Assembly (NCBI GenBank): GCA_046598345.1 | Contig: JBKJIT010000003.1 | Coordinates: forward strand, 273,258-337,257 | Length of the DNA stretch: 64,000 nucleotides | Reading direction: 5' to 3' | Source: Minisyncoccia bacterium | GTDB taxonomy: Bacteria > Patescibacteriota > Minisyncoccia > Phycocordibacterales > UBA918 | In this document: piece by piece, positions 36,564 through 47,189 of the stretch | How positions within the stretch are numbered: the first letter of the stretch is position 1 | Layout of the letters: the number at the start of each line of letters is the position of its first letter | Made by a program: the position numbers and the translations under genes | The notes under the pieces: model-generated | Databases searched by the model: none | The model's input: the letters and a program-made list of their open reading frames with translations, nothing else | What the model was told of the DNA's origin: nothing

Positions 36564-39071
36564 GTGCCGAAAAAGAATTCCGATAACAAAGCAGCAAGCA
36601 ACGAAAACCTGGAACCAGAGGGAGGTACTGGTGTGGTACTTGAAAAGGGCCTCATTCTCCAGGGGATCACTGATGAAATGCGCACCGCGTATCTCGATTA
36701 CGCGATGTCGGTTATTACAGCACGTGCACTTCCTGATGTGCGTGATGGCCTAAAGCCAGTGCACCGACGCATTCTCTATTCGATGCGTCTCAATGGCCTT
36801 ACCTCAACCGCAAAATTTAAGAAATCAGCAACGGTCGTTGGAGACGTGCTCGGTAGTTTCCACCCGCATGGCGACGTTGCGGTATATGACGCGATGGTTA
36901 AGCTTGCCCAGGAATTCACTACACGGTACCCACTCGTATTAGGGCAGGGAAACTTTGGTTCGATCGACGGCGATTCTGCAGCTGCCTATCGTTACACTGA
37001 GGCAAAAATGTCTAGAATTGCGGAAGAACTTCTTCGTGATCTCGAGAAAGACACAGTCAATTGGAGGCCAAACTTTGATGGCACGAAAAAAGAACCTGAG
37101 GTGTTGCCTGCGTCTGTCCCAAATCTCCTTCTTGCGGGAACTCTCGGTATTGCAGTAGGAATGGCGACGAATATTCCGCCGCACAATCTCCGTGAAGTTG
37201 CAGCCGCAGTGTCACACCTAATCGATAATCCTGAGGCATCAACTAATGATCTTTTGGGATTTGTAAAAGGTCCTGATTTTCCGCTCGGCGCAGTCGCGTT
37301 TAACCAGAAGGACATTGCGCATGCGTACGCGAATGGACGCGGAGGGGTAGTTGTGAGAGGGGAGGCAGACATTGTTGAAGATAAGAAGGGGACATTCTCG
37401 ATCATCATTACCTCGATTCCGTATCGCGTAAATAAGGCGGATATGCTTATGAAGATCGCTGATCTCGTGCGCGACAAGAAAATTGAGGGCATCAAAGATC
37501 TGCGGGATGAATCAACGCGAGACATTCGAGTGGTCGTGGAGCTCAAAAGCGCTGCCCAGCCTCAGACTGTCCTCAACAAGCTCTATAAGCACACGCAGCT
37601 CGAGGACGCGTTCCACTACAACATGGTGGCCTTGGTAAATGGTGTACCGCAGACGCTCTCACTGAAAGCAATTCTTGAGGAATACATTAAGCACCGCGAA
37701 GAGGTGGTGAAGCGACGCACTGAATATGATTTGAAACGAGCGGAGGAGCGAGAGCACATTCTGCTTGGTCTGAAGAAGGCACTCGATCACATCGATGCAA
37801 TCATTAAACTGATTCGGGCATCGAAGGATGTGCCGACTGCACACGCCGGACTCATGAAAGAGTTTAAGTTTTCTGAAATTCAAGCGCAGGCAATTCTCGA
37901 CATGCGTCTTCAGAAGCTTGCAGGACTTGAGCGGAAGAAGATTGAGGACGAGCTCAAGGAGTTGCAGACGTTCATCAAAGAACTCGAAGCAATTCTTGCG
38001 AGCAAGAAGAAGATGCGCCTCATTATCAAGACTGAGCTCACGGAGATTGCTGAAAAGTACGGTGATGATCGCCGAACAAAGATCGTGAAGGGAGGCGTGA
38101 AAATGCTCAATCCCGAAGATTTTATTCCTGATGAAGAAAGTGTGCTCGTCCTAACGCAGGGAGGATATGTAAAACGTACTAACCCAGGTGAATACCGAAC
38201 CCAGAAGCGGGGAGGTGTTGGGGTTGTTGATTTAAATACAAAAGAAGAAGATGTGGTTACTAAGCTCCTTACTACATCGACGCACAGCGAGCTCCTCTTC
38301 TTTACGGATAAAGGCAAGGTGTATCAAACACGGATGTTCGATATCCCTGAGGGACGTCGCGCAACGAAGGGTAAGTCCATTATGAACTTCCTTTCCTTGA
38401 CCGCTGAAGAAAAGGTTACGTCTGTACTTGCACTCCGAAAGGGAGCAGAGGAAGGTGACTGGTCCTTAATGATGGTAACGAAAAATGGTATTACGAAGAA
38501 ATGCGACGCAGATGCATTTAAGGATGTGCGCCGAAGTGGACTTATTGCAATAACGCTCAAAGACGATGACTCGCTTATTTCAGCAGCATTCGTTGGGAAA
38601 GGAGATGAAGTTTCACTTATTACGCTAAATGGTCAGGCGATTCGCTTTAAGGAAAGTGATGTGCGTGAGATGGGTCGCACTGCTTCCGGTGTACACGGCA
38701 TTCGGCTCGGCAAAGGGGATGTCGTTGTATCTGCTGACGTGATCACGAAGGCGATGAAGGATAGTGAGATTCTCGTGGTCATGGAAAATGGATTTGGAAA
38801 GACAACATCAACGAAAGAATACAAAGTACAGAATCGTGGAGGATCAGGAATTAAGACAGCAAAAGTCACGTCAAAGACAGGAAAGGTTGTGGGAGGGGCT
38901 GTTATCCAATCCGAGAATCGAGAAGAGGGAGAACTTGTGGTGATGAGTAAGAAGGGGCAGGTGATTAAGCTTCCGTTAAAGGATGTGCCGTCGTTGGGAC
39001 GTCAAACACAGGGGGTTAAGGTTATGAGGTTACGCCCCGGCGACTCTATCGCCTCAATCGTCTACTTCTAA
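36564..39071 (+). CDS. gyrA: DNA gyrase subunit A
   Basis: [29 protein letters not shown], GyrA box QKRGGVG. Confidence 0.99.
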   Translation: MPKKNSDNKAASNENLEPEGGTGVVLEKGLILQGITDEMRTAYLDYAMSVITARALPDVRDGLKPVHRRILYSMRLNGLTSTAKFKKSATVVGDVLGSFHPHGDVAVYDAMVKLAQEFTTRYPLVLGQGNFGSIDGDSAAAYRYTEAKMSRIAEELLRDLEKDTVNWRPNFDGTKKEPEVLPASVPNLLLAGTLGIAVGMATNIPPHNLREVAAAVSHLIDNPEASTNDLLGFVKGPDFPLGAVAFNQKDIAHAYANGRGGVVVRGEADIVEDKKGTFSIIITSIPYRVNKADMLMKIADLVRDKKIEGIKDLRDESTRDIRVVVELKSAAQPQTVLNKLYKHTQLEDAFHYNMVALVNGVPQTLSLKAILEEYIKHREEVVKRRTEYDLKRAEEREHILLGLKKALDHIDAIIKLIRASKDVPTAHAGLMKEFKFSEIQAQAILDMRLQKLAGLERKKIEDELKELQTFIKELEAILASKKKMRLIIKTELTEIAEKYGDDRRTKIVKGGVKMLNPEDFIPDEESVLVLTQGGYVKRTNPGEYRTQKRGGVGVVDLNTKEEDVVTKLLTTSTHSELLFFTDKGKVYQTRMFDIPEGRRATKGKSIMNFLSLTAEEKVTSVLALRKGAEEGDWSLMMVTKNGITKKCDADAFKDVRRSGLIAITLKDDDSLISAAFVGKGDEVSLITLNGQAIRFKESDVREMGRTASGVHGIRLGKGDVVVSADVITKAMKDSEILVVMENGFGKTTSTKEYKVQNRGGSGIKTAKVTSKTGKVVGGAVIQSENREEGELVVMSKKGQVIKLPLKDVPSLGRQTQGVKVMRLRPGDSIASIVYF

Positions 39072-39073
39072 AA

Positions 39074-39182
39074 TACATATTTCGGCGCATTTCTTTGTCG
39101 GAACGTCGATTTCTTCCTCGCCGTATTGGTATACGTCTCGCTCACAAATCTAGCTCCTCCTCGAACTGCATCCGAATATGTA
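39074..39182 (+). repeat. Family-B palindrome (copy 5) directly after gyrA stop
   Basis: TTTCTTTGTCG...CTCGCCGTATTGGTATACGTCTCG...CTCCTCGAAC, closed by TACATATT/AATATGTA. Confidence 0.7.
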
Positions 39183-39283
39183 CTTTAGCTTCTGCTGAAA
39201 GCCCCGGGAAGACGCTTCGCGTCTTCCCGGGGCTTTCCACTTTTCCCCGGAGATTCCGAGATGGAAAAAGGTATAATACTTTC

Positions 39284-39832
39284 ATGGCAATTCCAGGAAT
39301 GGGACAATTTGTGCAGCCTGAAATCGTCTCCACACATTTTCATATTCGCGAAGGCGATAAGGTGGGTGATTTTGGCGCAGGCTCAGGCTTCTTTAGTAAG
39401 GTGCTTTCAAAACTCGTGGGTGCGAGCGGCAGAGTGTATGCGTGCGAGATCCAGAAGCCACTCGTTGATAAGCTCGGTCTTTTGGTTCGAAGTGAACGTC
39501 TTTCAAATGTTGAAGTGCTCTGGTGCGATGTGGAAGCATCTGGCGGCACCAAGCTCGCTGACGGTCTCCTTGACGCAGGAGTACTCGTAAACACGCTGTT
39601 CATTCTTGAAAACAAAGAAGTCGCACTGCGCGAAATAGCGCGTGTCATGCGAAAGGGAGGAAAGTTTTTTCTCATTGAGTGGACAGAGTCATTTGGTGGC
39701 ATTGGTCCACATCCGTCCCATGTCGTTCATGAAACAACGGCGAGATCTCTGGCTGAAGCCGCCGGATTTTCTTTTGAGCGTTCGTTTCCAGCAGGCGATC
39801 ACCATTATGGAATCTCATTTCGAAAAGTATGA
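39284..39832 (+). CDS. Class I SAM-dependent methyltransferase
   Basis: VGDFGAGSG, VYACEI, RVMRKGG; ATG 6 nt after TATAAT. Confidence 0.9.
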   Translation: MAIPGMGQFVQPEIVSTHFHIREGDKVGDFGAGSGFFSKVLSKLVGASGRVYACEIQKPLVDKLGLLVRSERLSNVEVLWCDVEASGGTKLADGLLDAGVLVNTLFILENKEVALREIARVMRKGGKFFLIEWTESFGGIGPHPSHVVHETTARSLAEAAGFSFERSFPAGDHHYGISFRKV

Positions 39833-41139
39833 TGCATAATCGCCCATTTGAGATTATCCTTATGGCGACCTTTGGACTCATTGCGCTTGGTAGTCTTGCG
39901 TTTGTTGCGTTATATAAAGGCGGTGGTGATGATGCTAAGGATAAGCCATACGGAGAACAGGTCATAGTATGGGGCACGTTTCCCATGGGGATGTTTACCG
40001 AAGTACTGACCACTATTCGATCGTCCGACAAGGCTTTCGGTGCAGTTCAATACATAGAAAAGGAGCCTCGCACATTTCAAAATGACTTGGTGAATGCGAT
40101 TGCAGACGGTAGTTCACCCGATTTGGTGATCTTGCCACATGAGCTTCTAGTATCACTCCGCAGCAAGCTTCTTCCGATTACGTATGAGACGTTCCCTGAA
40201 CGTACGTTTAAGGATACCTATGTTGAAGGTGCTGAAATTTTTATGGGCGAAGAAGGAATCTACGGGATTCCATTTGGTGTAGATCCTTTGGTGCTGTATT
40301 GGAACAGGGATCTCTTCTCGAACGCTGGCCTATCTAATCCACCACGCACCTGGGAAGAGCTTGTCAACATTACGACTCCTGCACTCACAAAGCGCGATGA
40401 CAACTATCAAATAGAAAAGAGCGCAATTGCACTTGGTGAATTTGGAAACGTAACTAACGCTAAAGAAATTCTTTCCATGCTGTTCTTACAAGCGGGGAGT
40501 ATTCTCGTTGAACGAAGGGGAATCACGTACAGGGTTGTATTAAATGAAACAGTGGGAGAAGGTCTTCCAACAGGAGATGCTGCGCTTTCTTTCTACACAC
40601 AATTTTCAAATCCTGCGAGTGGAAGCTACACCTGGAATCGCTCACTTGAAAATGATCGCACGCGGTTTCTTGGCGGCGATCTTGCGCTCTACATTGGTTT
40701 TGCGAGCGAGTATGAAGACCTGAGAAAGGCAAACCCCAATCTCAATTTTGATGTTGCCGTGCTGCCGCAAGGCAGTGCAAGTACCGTTCGAAGAAATTAT
40801 GCGAACTTCTATGCATTTGCAATTCCAAGAGCCACTGCGAACGAGGGGGGCGCCTATAATGCAGCGGTTGTCATGGCCGGCGAGGACTACGTAGAACTTT
40901 TGACTGAAAAGATCCAAGTTGCACCTGCGCTTCGCTCGCTTCTTGGGAAAGGGTCTTCAAATCCTGCACGCCAAATTGCGTATCAAACATCTCTCATTTC
41001 ACGCGGGTGGCTTGACCCAAACCCCGTAGAGAGCGAAGCGACGTTCAAAGATATGATCCAGGGAGTTACTTCGGGTAGGGTACGGATTTCGGATGCAATC
41101 CAAGATGCCTCAGAGCAACTAAGGTTATTATTTAAATGA
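39829..41139 (+). CDS. Extracellular solute-binding protein (family 1-like)
   Basis: N-terminal TM; PDLVIL; IYGIPFGVDPLVLYWNRDLF; PPRTWEEL. Confidence 0.88.
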   Translation: MMHNRPFEIILMATFGLIALGSLAFVALYKGGGDDAKDKPYGEQVIVWGTFPMGMFTEVLTTIRSSDKAFGAVQYIEKEPRTFQNDLVNAIADGSSPDLVILPHELLVSLRSKLLPITYETFPERTFKDTYVEGAEIFMGEEGIYGIPFGVDPLVLYWNRDLFSNAGLSNPPRTWEELVNITTPALTKRDDNYQIEKSAIALGEFGNVTNAKEILSMLFLQAGSILVERRGITYRVVLNETVGEGLPTGDAALSFYTQFSNPASGSYTWNRSLENDRTRFLGGDLALYIGFASEYEDLRKANPNLNFDVAVLPQGSASTVRRNYANFYAFAIPRATANEGGAYNAAVVMAGEDYVELLTEKIQVAPALRSLLGKGSSNPARQIAYQTSLISRGWLDPNPVESEATFKDMIQGVTSGRVRISDAIQDASEQLRLLFK

Positions 41140-41146
41140 TTAAAGT

Positions 41147-41845
41147 ATGACTGCACGGACATTCACTATTAACGGATTGATAATTCTTTTACTGAGCACG
41201 TTTTTTTACTTCGGATTACTTGTGCCGGATCTCTTTGCTCGCAGCTTCACCATTAACTGTCGCGATCTCTATGGTGGATCCCAACAATGCAGTGGTGCGA
41301 TAGGAAATTGTAGATCTCAAGAGGGTGACTATACCCGTGAGCCGGCTAATGCTTTATTCATCACGTGTACGATTCCCGATGCGCCTTCAGACACGCGCTG
41401 CCCTGATGGTTCAATAAGGGATGGTGCAGGAGAATGTCCCACAGCAACAATTGATTGTCCTGATGGTCAGGCTCGTAACCTCAATACTGATCAATGTGAG
41501 AGTGCTAATCCCGGAGGAGGAAGTTCCCCGGGAGGTACAGGCTCACCTGGTGGTATTCGCACTCCAGGAGGAACTACAGAGGATGCCAAACTCCTCAACC
41601 CTCTCAAAGTCGATTCGATTGAAGGCTTCCTTATAGCCATTATCGATATCATTCTTATCTTTGCACTCCCGATCGTTATTCTTTTCATCATGTATGCGGG
41701 CTTCCTCTATGTGACCGCTCGTGGCGATACATCAAAAATCTCCACCGCCCACACCGCGCTCACATGGGCAATTATCGGTGGAGTGATCGTGTTTGGAGCC
41801 AAGCTTATCATTGAGCTTATTAAGGGGACTGTTGGTGCACTCTAG
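41147..41845 (+). CDS. CPR pilin-like (TrbC/VirB2-like) protein with Cys-rich N-terminal domain
   Basis: LLNPL...IMYAGFLYVTARGD..KI..A...LTWAIIG; Cys-rich segment and Gly/Pro linker. Confidence 0.75.
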   Translation: MTARTFTINGLIILLLSTFFYFGLLVPDLFARSFTINCRDLYGGSQQCSGAIGNCRSQEGDYTREPANALFITCTIPDAPSDTRCPDGSIRDGAGECPTATIDCPDGQARNLNTDQCESANPGGGSSPGGTGSPGGIRTPGGTTEDAKLLNPLKVDSIEGFLIAIIDIILIFALPIVILFIMYAGFLYVTARGDTSKISTAHTALTWAIIGGVIVFGAKLIIELIKGTVGAL

Positions 41846-41848
41846 TAT

Positions 41849-42160
41849 ATGAAATTTATTTCTTTTCTTTCACTTCTCGCATTTCCGCTTCTCACCCATG
41901 CGGCACCCAAACCAACTGACTTCAAGAGCTTCGTAGCGCTCCTACTTGGCCTCATTGGGTACATGGTGCCACTTGTCATTGGACTTACGTTTCTTGTGCT
42001 TATGTGGGGAATTATGAAAGCATGGATTCTTGGCGGCGGCGATGAAGAATCGGTGACAAGTGGGAAGAAACTAGTTGTTGTCGGGGTATTTGCAATAGCG
42101 ATTATGCTTGGCATTTGGGGTATTCTTCAAATCTTGCGTCGCTCCTTCTTTGGAGTATAA
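41849..42160 (+). CDS. CPR pilin-like membrane protein
   Basis: Signal peptide (THAA), LMWG...GGDEE...GKK.VV.G. Confidence 0.75.
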   Translation: MKFISFLSLLAFPLLTHAAPKPTDFKSFVALLLGLIGYMVPLVIGLTFLVLMWGIMKAWILGGGDEESVTSGKKLVVVGVFAIAIMLGIWGILQILRRSFFGV

Positions 42161-42286
42161 CTAAAGGTAAGGGCTTACAAGTCCGTATCTATCCACAGAA
42201 TGTACTGTTTTGTGGCTAGGGCAAGTATAGAATGTATACATAGCTACAGTTTTAAGGTTATATTAATATTCACATCTAATCACAAT

Positions 42287-42646
42287 ATGAAATTAGTCAT
42301 TCGCATGCTCCCCGGTGTCCTCGTATTTCTGCCTCTCCTCGTGTTAGGTGCAAATGCAGACCTTAGTTATTTTGATGGCTTACTCACTTCAATAAGTAAG
42401 ATCATCGATCGCCTAATTCCGTTCATGCTTGCACTTGCACTCCTCTTCTTCCTTTGGGGTGTATTCCAATACTTTGTTCTTGGAGGTGGCGATGAAGAGA
42501 AGCAGGCAACAGGTAAAAAATATATGATTTACGGTCTTATTGGTCTCGTTGTTATGGTTGCAGTTTGGGGAATCGTCCAGCTCATAATCACTGTCTTGGG
42601 AGTGGGTTCAAGTACAACAGTAAGTACACCAAAAGTACCTAAATAA
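42287..42646 (+). CDS. CPR pilin-like membrane protein
   Basis: FLWGVFQY...GGDEEKQATGKKYMIYGLIGL.VMVAVWGIV. Confidence 0.78.
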   Translation: MKLVIRMLPGVLVFLPLLVLGANADLSYFDGLLTSISKIIDRLIPFMLALALLFFLWGVFQYFVLGGGDEEKQATGKKYMIYGLIGLVVMVAVWGIVQLIITVLGVGSSTTVSTPKVPK

Positions 42647-42654
42647 GCTTAAGT

Positions 42655-42933
42655 ATGTACGCATACGCAGCCGGCCACACAGCTGCAGCTAGCAGTTTGT
42701 TAGCAAAGATTCAGAGTGCCATACTCTTTCCACTGATGTCACTTATGGTTGGAGTTGCACTTCTGGTCTTTCTCTGGGGAGGGTTTCAGTATGTCGTGCA
42801 TGCCGATGAAGATTCAGGGAGGGAAGAAGGAAAGAAGCATATGCTGTTCGGCATCATCGGACTCCTTGTCATGCTGTCGGCGTACGCGATACTGAAGATC
42901 GCAGCACTCACGTTCGGGGTACAGGTTCCATAA
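42655..42933 (+). CDS. CPR pilin-like membrane protein
   Basis: FLWGGFQYV...REEGKKHMLFGIIGL.VM. Confidence 0.78.
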   Translation: MYAYAAGHTAAASSLLAKIQSAILFPLMSLMVGVALLVFLWGGFQYVVHADEDSGREEGKKHMLFGIIGLLVMLSAYAILKIAALTFGVQVP

Positions 42934-43038
42934 GAAAAAACGCCTCCGCTTACGCAGAGGCGTTTTTTGATTTCTGGCAATAAAAAAAGCGCGGGTTGTA
43001 AATCCGCGCTTTTGTGTGACCCACGAGGGTCAAAGAAC

Positions 43039-43911
43039 TTAGAATCGTCGGAGTGAAAAGGCCAGTCTGGTTTCGCCCTCGACGATGAATCGCATCCGGA
43101 ACTTATTCGTGTCCGGCCGTGATCCAAATCGATGAGGAATCCAATCCTTCTTCTTCACATCCCAGTATTCGGCTTCGTAAATCGTGCCGTGGCCGGGAGG
43201 GAAATCGGAATCGTAGCCACCTGGTGCGACATACGGTAGAGACCAGACTCCCTTCGGAATGGTCCCATCTTCCTTTCTCACATCCCAACGAAGAGAGGCT
43301 TCCGTCGCTTGTGGAATTTCTCTCGACACCGCCGGCTTGCTTTCACCTTTTGCCCAACTTGTAAAACCTTTCCGCCAAACCTTGGCAACATCGGGTGCTT
43401 CCTCAGCGAATGCCCAGTGGAAGAGCATAAAGCCGAGAATGAAAAGGACTACCCCTGTTCCAATCAGTCCCGCCAACTTGCTTGGCTTTCCCTTAAAAAG
43501 CCATACAGCAAGAAACACCAGCAGGGCTATAGCTAGGGCTACGGCTGAAAGGAACCCAACATCAACGTTGGTAATTGTCGCGTCACCCTTCAAGGTTAAG
43601 CCCTGATCCCGTGGATAGATGAAATATGCAACGAGAAGCAGGGCAATAACACCTAGAATGCCCTTTACTGATGCATACTTCCTCCACCTAGAGACTGGAA
43701 GTTCGTCCTCAAGCTGACGTTGAACGACTCCAGCGGCTGTGCCAACCGGAGTTTCCGGTATAACAGTGGTGGTAGAAGTCGGCGCTGCCGCTGTGGGACC
43801 CTTCAATAACCTGTGCGCGAGGGCTGCCACCAGTAACATTGTAGCGCCAAAGGCAATCCAGAATGTCGAGAGATTAAGCTGTTGCCAAATTCCAGTAACG
43901 TAATCGATCAT
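43039..43911 (-). CDS. Hypothetical multi-TM membrane protein
   Basis: 4 hydrophobic segments; 4-nt overlap with the upstream SPFH gene. Confidence 0.7.
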   Translation of the reverse strand: MIDYVTGIWQQLNLSTFWIAFGATMLLVAALAHRLLKGPTAAAPTSTTTVIPETPVGTAAGVVQRQLEDELPVSRWRKYASVKGILGVIALLLVAYFIYPRDQGLTLKGDATITNVDVGFLSAVALAIALLVFLAVWLFKGKPSKLAGLIGTGVVLFILGFMLFHWAFAEEAPDVAKVWRKGFTSWAKGESKPAVSREIPQATEASLRWDVRKEDGTIPKGVWSLPYVAPGGYDSDFPPGHGTIYEAEYWDVKKKDWIPHRFGSRPDTNKFRMRFIVEGETRLAFSLRRF

Positions 43912-45077
43912 GTGTTCCTTCCTTTTCGATTGATTTTTTGCAATTCGGCAAGGATCGCCGCTTGAGTTGAATCAACTTTTCCATTGCGTCCACTGGGCGG
44001 CATGAGCATTGCTGATCCACCATTTTTGCCAACTGCTTCAGCAGCTCTTACGAACGCCTCAGCTTCCATGGTTGCAATGGCCGTATCGCCGCCTGTCGCA
44101 TTCGCTTCATTAAGTTCACGAAGTGCATCAGCGCGAGCCTTGCCGTCAATCGTTGTTGCCTTTGCATTTTGCAGTGCAAAGGCTTCGGCCTGAATGGTAC
44201 GTTGACCAGCTTCATCGAGGATTGGATTTATTTCGAGAATACGAAACCCTGTAATATCAATTCCACAGTGCTTCGTGTCGTCAGAAATCTCCATGACGGC
44301 CTTCGCAATTGCACGTGCCTCAGCATCGTTCTCGGCCGTAAGGGCTTGATCGAGCCGCATTTGCTTAGTTATTGACGAAATTTTGTCAGTCACCAAGTTA
44401 ATGATGGCGTGGTCCCACCGGTCCGTCTCGTAAGCTGCTTTGTATGGATTTACAACTTCCAATTCAGCAACTCCGATGATGTCGAGTGGAATCTTGTCCC
44501 TCGTTTCTGCCGCGGTGATATGCATGGGAAACAAAAACTGCCGTGTGCGGAAGTGATCACTAAGATCATGACGTACCGTGAGAACGACGTTGCTCACGCC
44601 ACGAAGTCCTGGTGGCAGGGCAGGATCGCCCTCTTTCCTTTCCTTTCGCGTGATCAGAGTCTTCTCAAGCTTATATTCGCGAATTTTTTGGAAAGGATAA
44701 ATGCCAATAAACACAGCACCGGTCTTGTTATAGACGTACCGTGCCCACCAACGAATTGGCCACCACACTTTTGCGACAGGATCTTCGATAAATCCCTGCT
44801 GAGTGACGAGTTCCCAGTATTCCGGTGTTTCAATATTTCCTCCAACTCGAGCAAACTTCTTGTGGGCGGTGTTGGTTATCATCCGGACCAATTTCTGGCC
44901 CCGTTCAATCACTTTTACTTGCCCCGGTTCGAGCATGGTAAAAAGGTGAAAATCACTCCTCCTAAGTCCCTCCGGTTGATTAAGAAACCTTCCGCTGCCT
45001 GCATAAAGCGTTAAGGCTAACAGGACGATGAAAGAACCCACTACGAGGGCTGTAATAATGCCGAGTACTATGGACAT
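43908..45077 (-). CDS. SPFH/band-7 domain protein
   Basis: N-terminal TM; AETRDKIPL, VVNPYKAAY, CGIDI..FRILEI, Ala-rich coiled tail; AAGGAG SD. Confidence 0.75.
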   Translation of the reverse strand: MSIVLGIITALVVGSFIVLLALTLYAGSGRFLNQPEGLRRSDFHLFTMLEPGQVKVIERGQKLVRMITNTAHKKFARVGGNIETPEYWELVTQQGFIEDPVAKVWWPIRWWARYVYNKTGAVFIGIYPFQKIREYKLEKTLITRKERKEGDPALPPGLRGVSNVVLTVRHDLSDHFRTRQFLFPMHITAAETRDKIPLDIIGVAELEVVNPYKAAYETDRWDHAIINLVTDKISSITKQMRLDQALTAENDAEARAIAKAVMEISDDTKHCGIDITGFRILEINPILDEAGQRTIQAEAFALQNAKATTIDGKARADALRELNEANATGGDTAIATMEAEAFVRAAEAVGKNGGSAMLMPPSGRNGKVDSTQAAILAELQKINRKGRNT

Positions 45078-45260
45078 ATAAGTCTCCTTGTCAAAGTTCT
45101 TACTAAGCGCCGAAGCGCGGGATTTGTGTTTGAGAGAGAGGAGTAAATCCACTCTCTACTCTACCTAATATGATACCATATTTAAGATGAAAAGTCAATG
45201 GATTGCGTCCTTAAAGTACCCTTACATTCCAACGTATTATCGGGTATGCTGGTGCTGTTT

Positions 45261-46289
45261 ATGAAAAAGGTGGCAATTCCTAGGAAAGAGCAGAAGAAGC
45301 GCATATTTGCTGAGAATAGACCCCGGAGGACGTTATCGTTCTATAGGTATGTTCGGCTCGTCCAGCCGAAGCAAATTCGAGATGAACTCTTTCTGAGATT
45401 TTCCCAATTTGGTTGCCTTGGACGGATCTACATTGCGAGTGAAGGTATCAACGCGCAAATGAGTGTTCCAACAGAAAACTGGGATGCATTTGATGCGTAC
45501 ATTCAGAGTACGAAAGAGTTTGCGGGTACTCCATACAAAATTGCAGTGGAAGAAACAGATGCTCCTTCGTTCTACAAACTCACGATTAAAGTGAAGGATA
45601 AGATTGTTGCGGATGGACTTAACGATGAATCATTTGATGTTACTAACGTGGGTGATTATTTAACTGCAGAGGAAATGAATGAGTATGTCGATGATCCGGA
45701 TGCGGTTATTGTCGACATGCGGAATGGATATGAAAGTGAGGTGGGGCATTTTGAACGTGCGATTATGCCTGACGTTGATACATTCCGTGAAGAACTCAAA
45801 AAAACTCCTGAACTTTTACAAATTCATAGGAATAAAAAGATTGCGCTCTACTGTACTGGTGGTATTCGTTGTGAAAAGGCGAGCGCATGGCTGAAGCACA
45901 ATGGATTTCAAAATGTGCGGCATTTAAAGGGCGGCATTATTGACTATAAGCGGCAAGTAGAAGAAGAAGGACTTCAGAATAAATTTAAAGGAAAGAATTT
46001 TGTATTTGATGAACGAATGGGTGAGCGAATCAGTGATGAAATCATTGCGCATTGTCATCTTTGTCACACAGAGAAATGTGATGATCATATACACTGTAAG
46101 AATCAGGCATGCCACGTACTCTTTATTTGCTGCGAAAAGTGTAAGGCAAAGAAAAGGGGATACTGTTCCTACAAATGTATGGCGTTTGATAAACTCCCGG
46201 TCACTCTTCGAAAACAGCTCATCAAAAACAATCATAGAAAGAAATTAGAGCAATTTAAAAAGCATCGATTACGAAGCGTGGTGCGGTAA
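45261..46289 (+). CDS. trhO: Rhodanese-domain tRNA U34 hydroxylase TrhO (YceA)
   Basis: LSFYRY, GRIYIASEGINAQ, DMRNGYE..VGHF, YCTGGIRCEKAS, GKNFVFDER. Confidence 0.93.
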   Translation: MKKVAIPRKEQKKRIFAENRPRRTLSFYRYVRLVQPKQIRDELFLRFSQFGCLGRIYIASEGINAQMSVPTENWDAFDAYIQSTKEFAGTPYKIAVEETDAPSFYKLTIKVKDKIVADGLNDESFDVTNVGDYLTAEEMNEYVDDPDAVIVDMRNGYESEVGHFERAIMPDVDTFREELKKTPELLQIHRNKKIALYCTGGIRCEKASAWLKHNGFQNVRHLKGGIIDYKRQVEEEGLQNKFKGKNFVFDERMGERISDEIIAHCHLCHTEKCDDHIHCKNQACHVLFICCEKCKAKKRGYCSYKCMAFDKLPVTLRKQLIKNNHRKKLEQFKKHRLRSVVR

Positions 46290-46460
46290 TTATCTAATTA
46301 TTCTGAAAAGCGCTCTCAAGAATTACTCTCCAAAAAACTACACTACAAAAATTACGCTACAAAATCCCCGGACCCAGTTGTGTAGAAACCCCATTATTAC
46401 TAAAATTAAGTGAGATATAGTTTATAATGGATGATCGTCCATTATAAACTATATCTCAAC

Positions 46461-47027
46461 ATGACAAATGAAAATGAAACGCAAAAACGAATAGGAAAAG
46501 TGAGCGAAGCAGTACTTCTCACTGTTGGAGTAACAGGGTTACTTGCTGTGGCAGTTGTCGCCCCCAACATGCTTTCTCTTTTTGGAAAGGTATATAAAGG
46601 AAATAAGCATACTGCAAAACAAACAATACAAAGAAGTGTTGTATCACTTATACGATCCGGATTAGTAAAGGAAGTCAAACATAAAAATGGAAAGACAATG
46701 CTTGAAGTGACCAAAAGAGGCAAATGGGAGATTTTTCTAAGACATCAAAAAATAGAAAACGTAAAAACTAAAACATGGGATAAAAAGTGGAGAGTCGTCG
46801 TGTTTGATGTTCCAGAAGAAAAGAAAAAAATGAGGATAGAGTTACGACGCGGTATGGTCATGTATGGTTTTTATATGATTCAAAAGAGTGTATGGGTCTA
46901 TCCATATCCTTGCGATGATTTTGTTGCGTTACTCAAGGATCATCTTAGCCTTAAATCAGAAGTACTTTATTTTACTGCGAATCTTATGGAAGACGACGTC
47001 TCACTACGTAAAGTATTCAAACTGTAG
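46461..47027 (+). CDS. PaaX-like wHTH regulator with Cas2-like ferredoxin-fold C-terminal domain
   Basis: WDKKWRVVVFDVPEEKK..R..LR, GFYMIQKSVWVYPYPC. Confidence 0.8.
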   Translation: MTNENETQKRIGKVSEAVLLTVGVTGLLAVAVVAPNMLSLFGKVYKGNKHTAKQTIQRSVVSLIRSGLVKEVKHKNGKTMLEVTKRGKWEIFLRHQKIENVKTKTWDKKWRVVVFDVPEEKKKMRIELRRGMVMYGFYMIQKSVWVYPYPCDDFVALLKDHLSLKSEVLYFTANLMEDDVSLRKVFKL

Positions 47028-47189
47028 ATAGCAGATAATTAACGATCGTCACACATCAGCTATTTTAAATTTCAGAATAGTTTTTTTGAATGAGTTGGAG
47101 GAACGTTATCCACCATGTAAAAACTGTGAAGAGGGGATTGGTGGAATAATAGAGATAGAATTGTTGCAATTTGAAAAAGGAGCACAAGC

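Noticed and set aside
39095-39283. N-terminal extension of the methyltransferase ORF
   Set aside because: It runs through the family-B palindrome and a terminator-like hairpin. The ATG at 39284 has a -10 box 6 nt upstream.
46461-47027. Cas2-like domain suggesting a CRISPR-Cas locus
   Set aside because: The sequence fits the PaaX-like regulator common in CPR. There is no cas1 or effector gene and no repeat-spacer array in the window.
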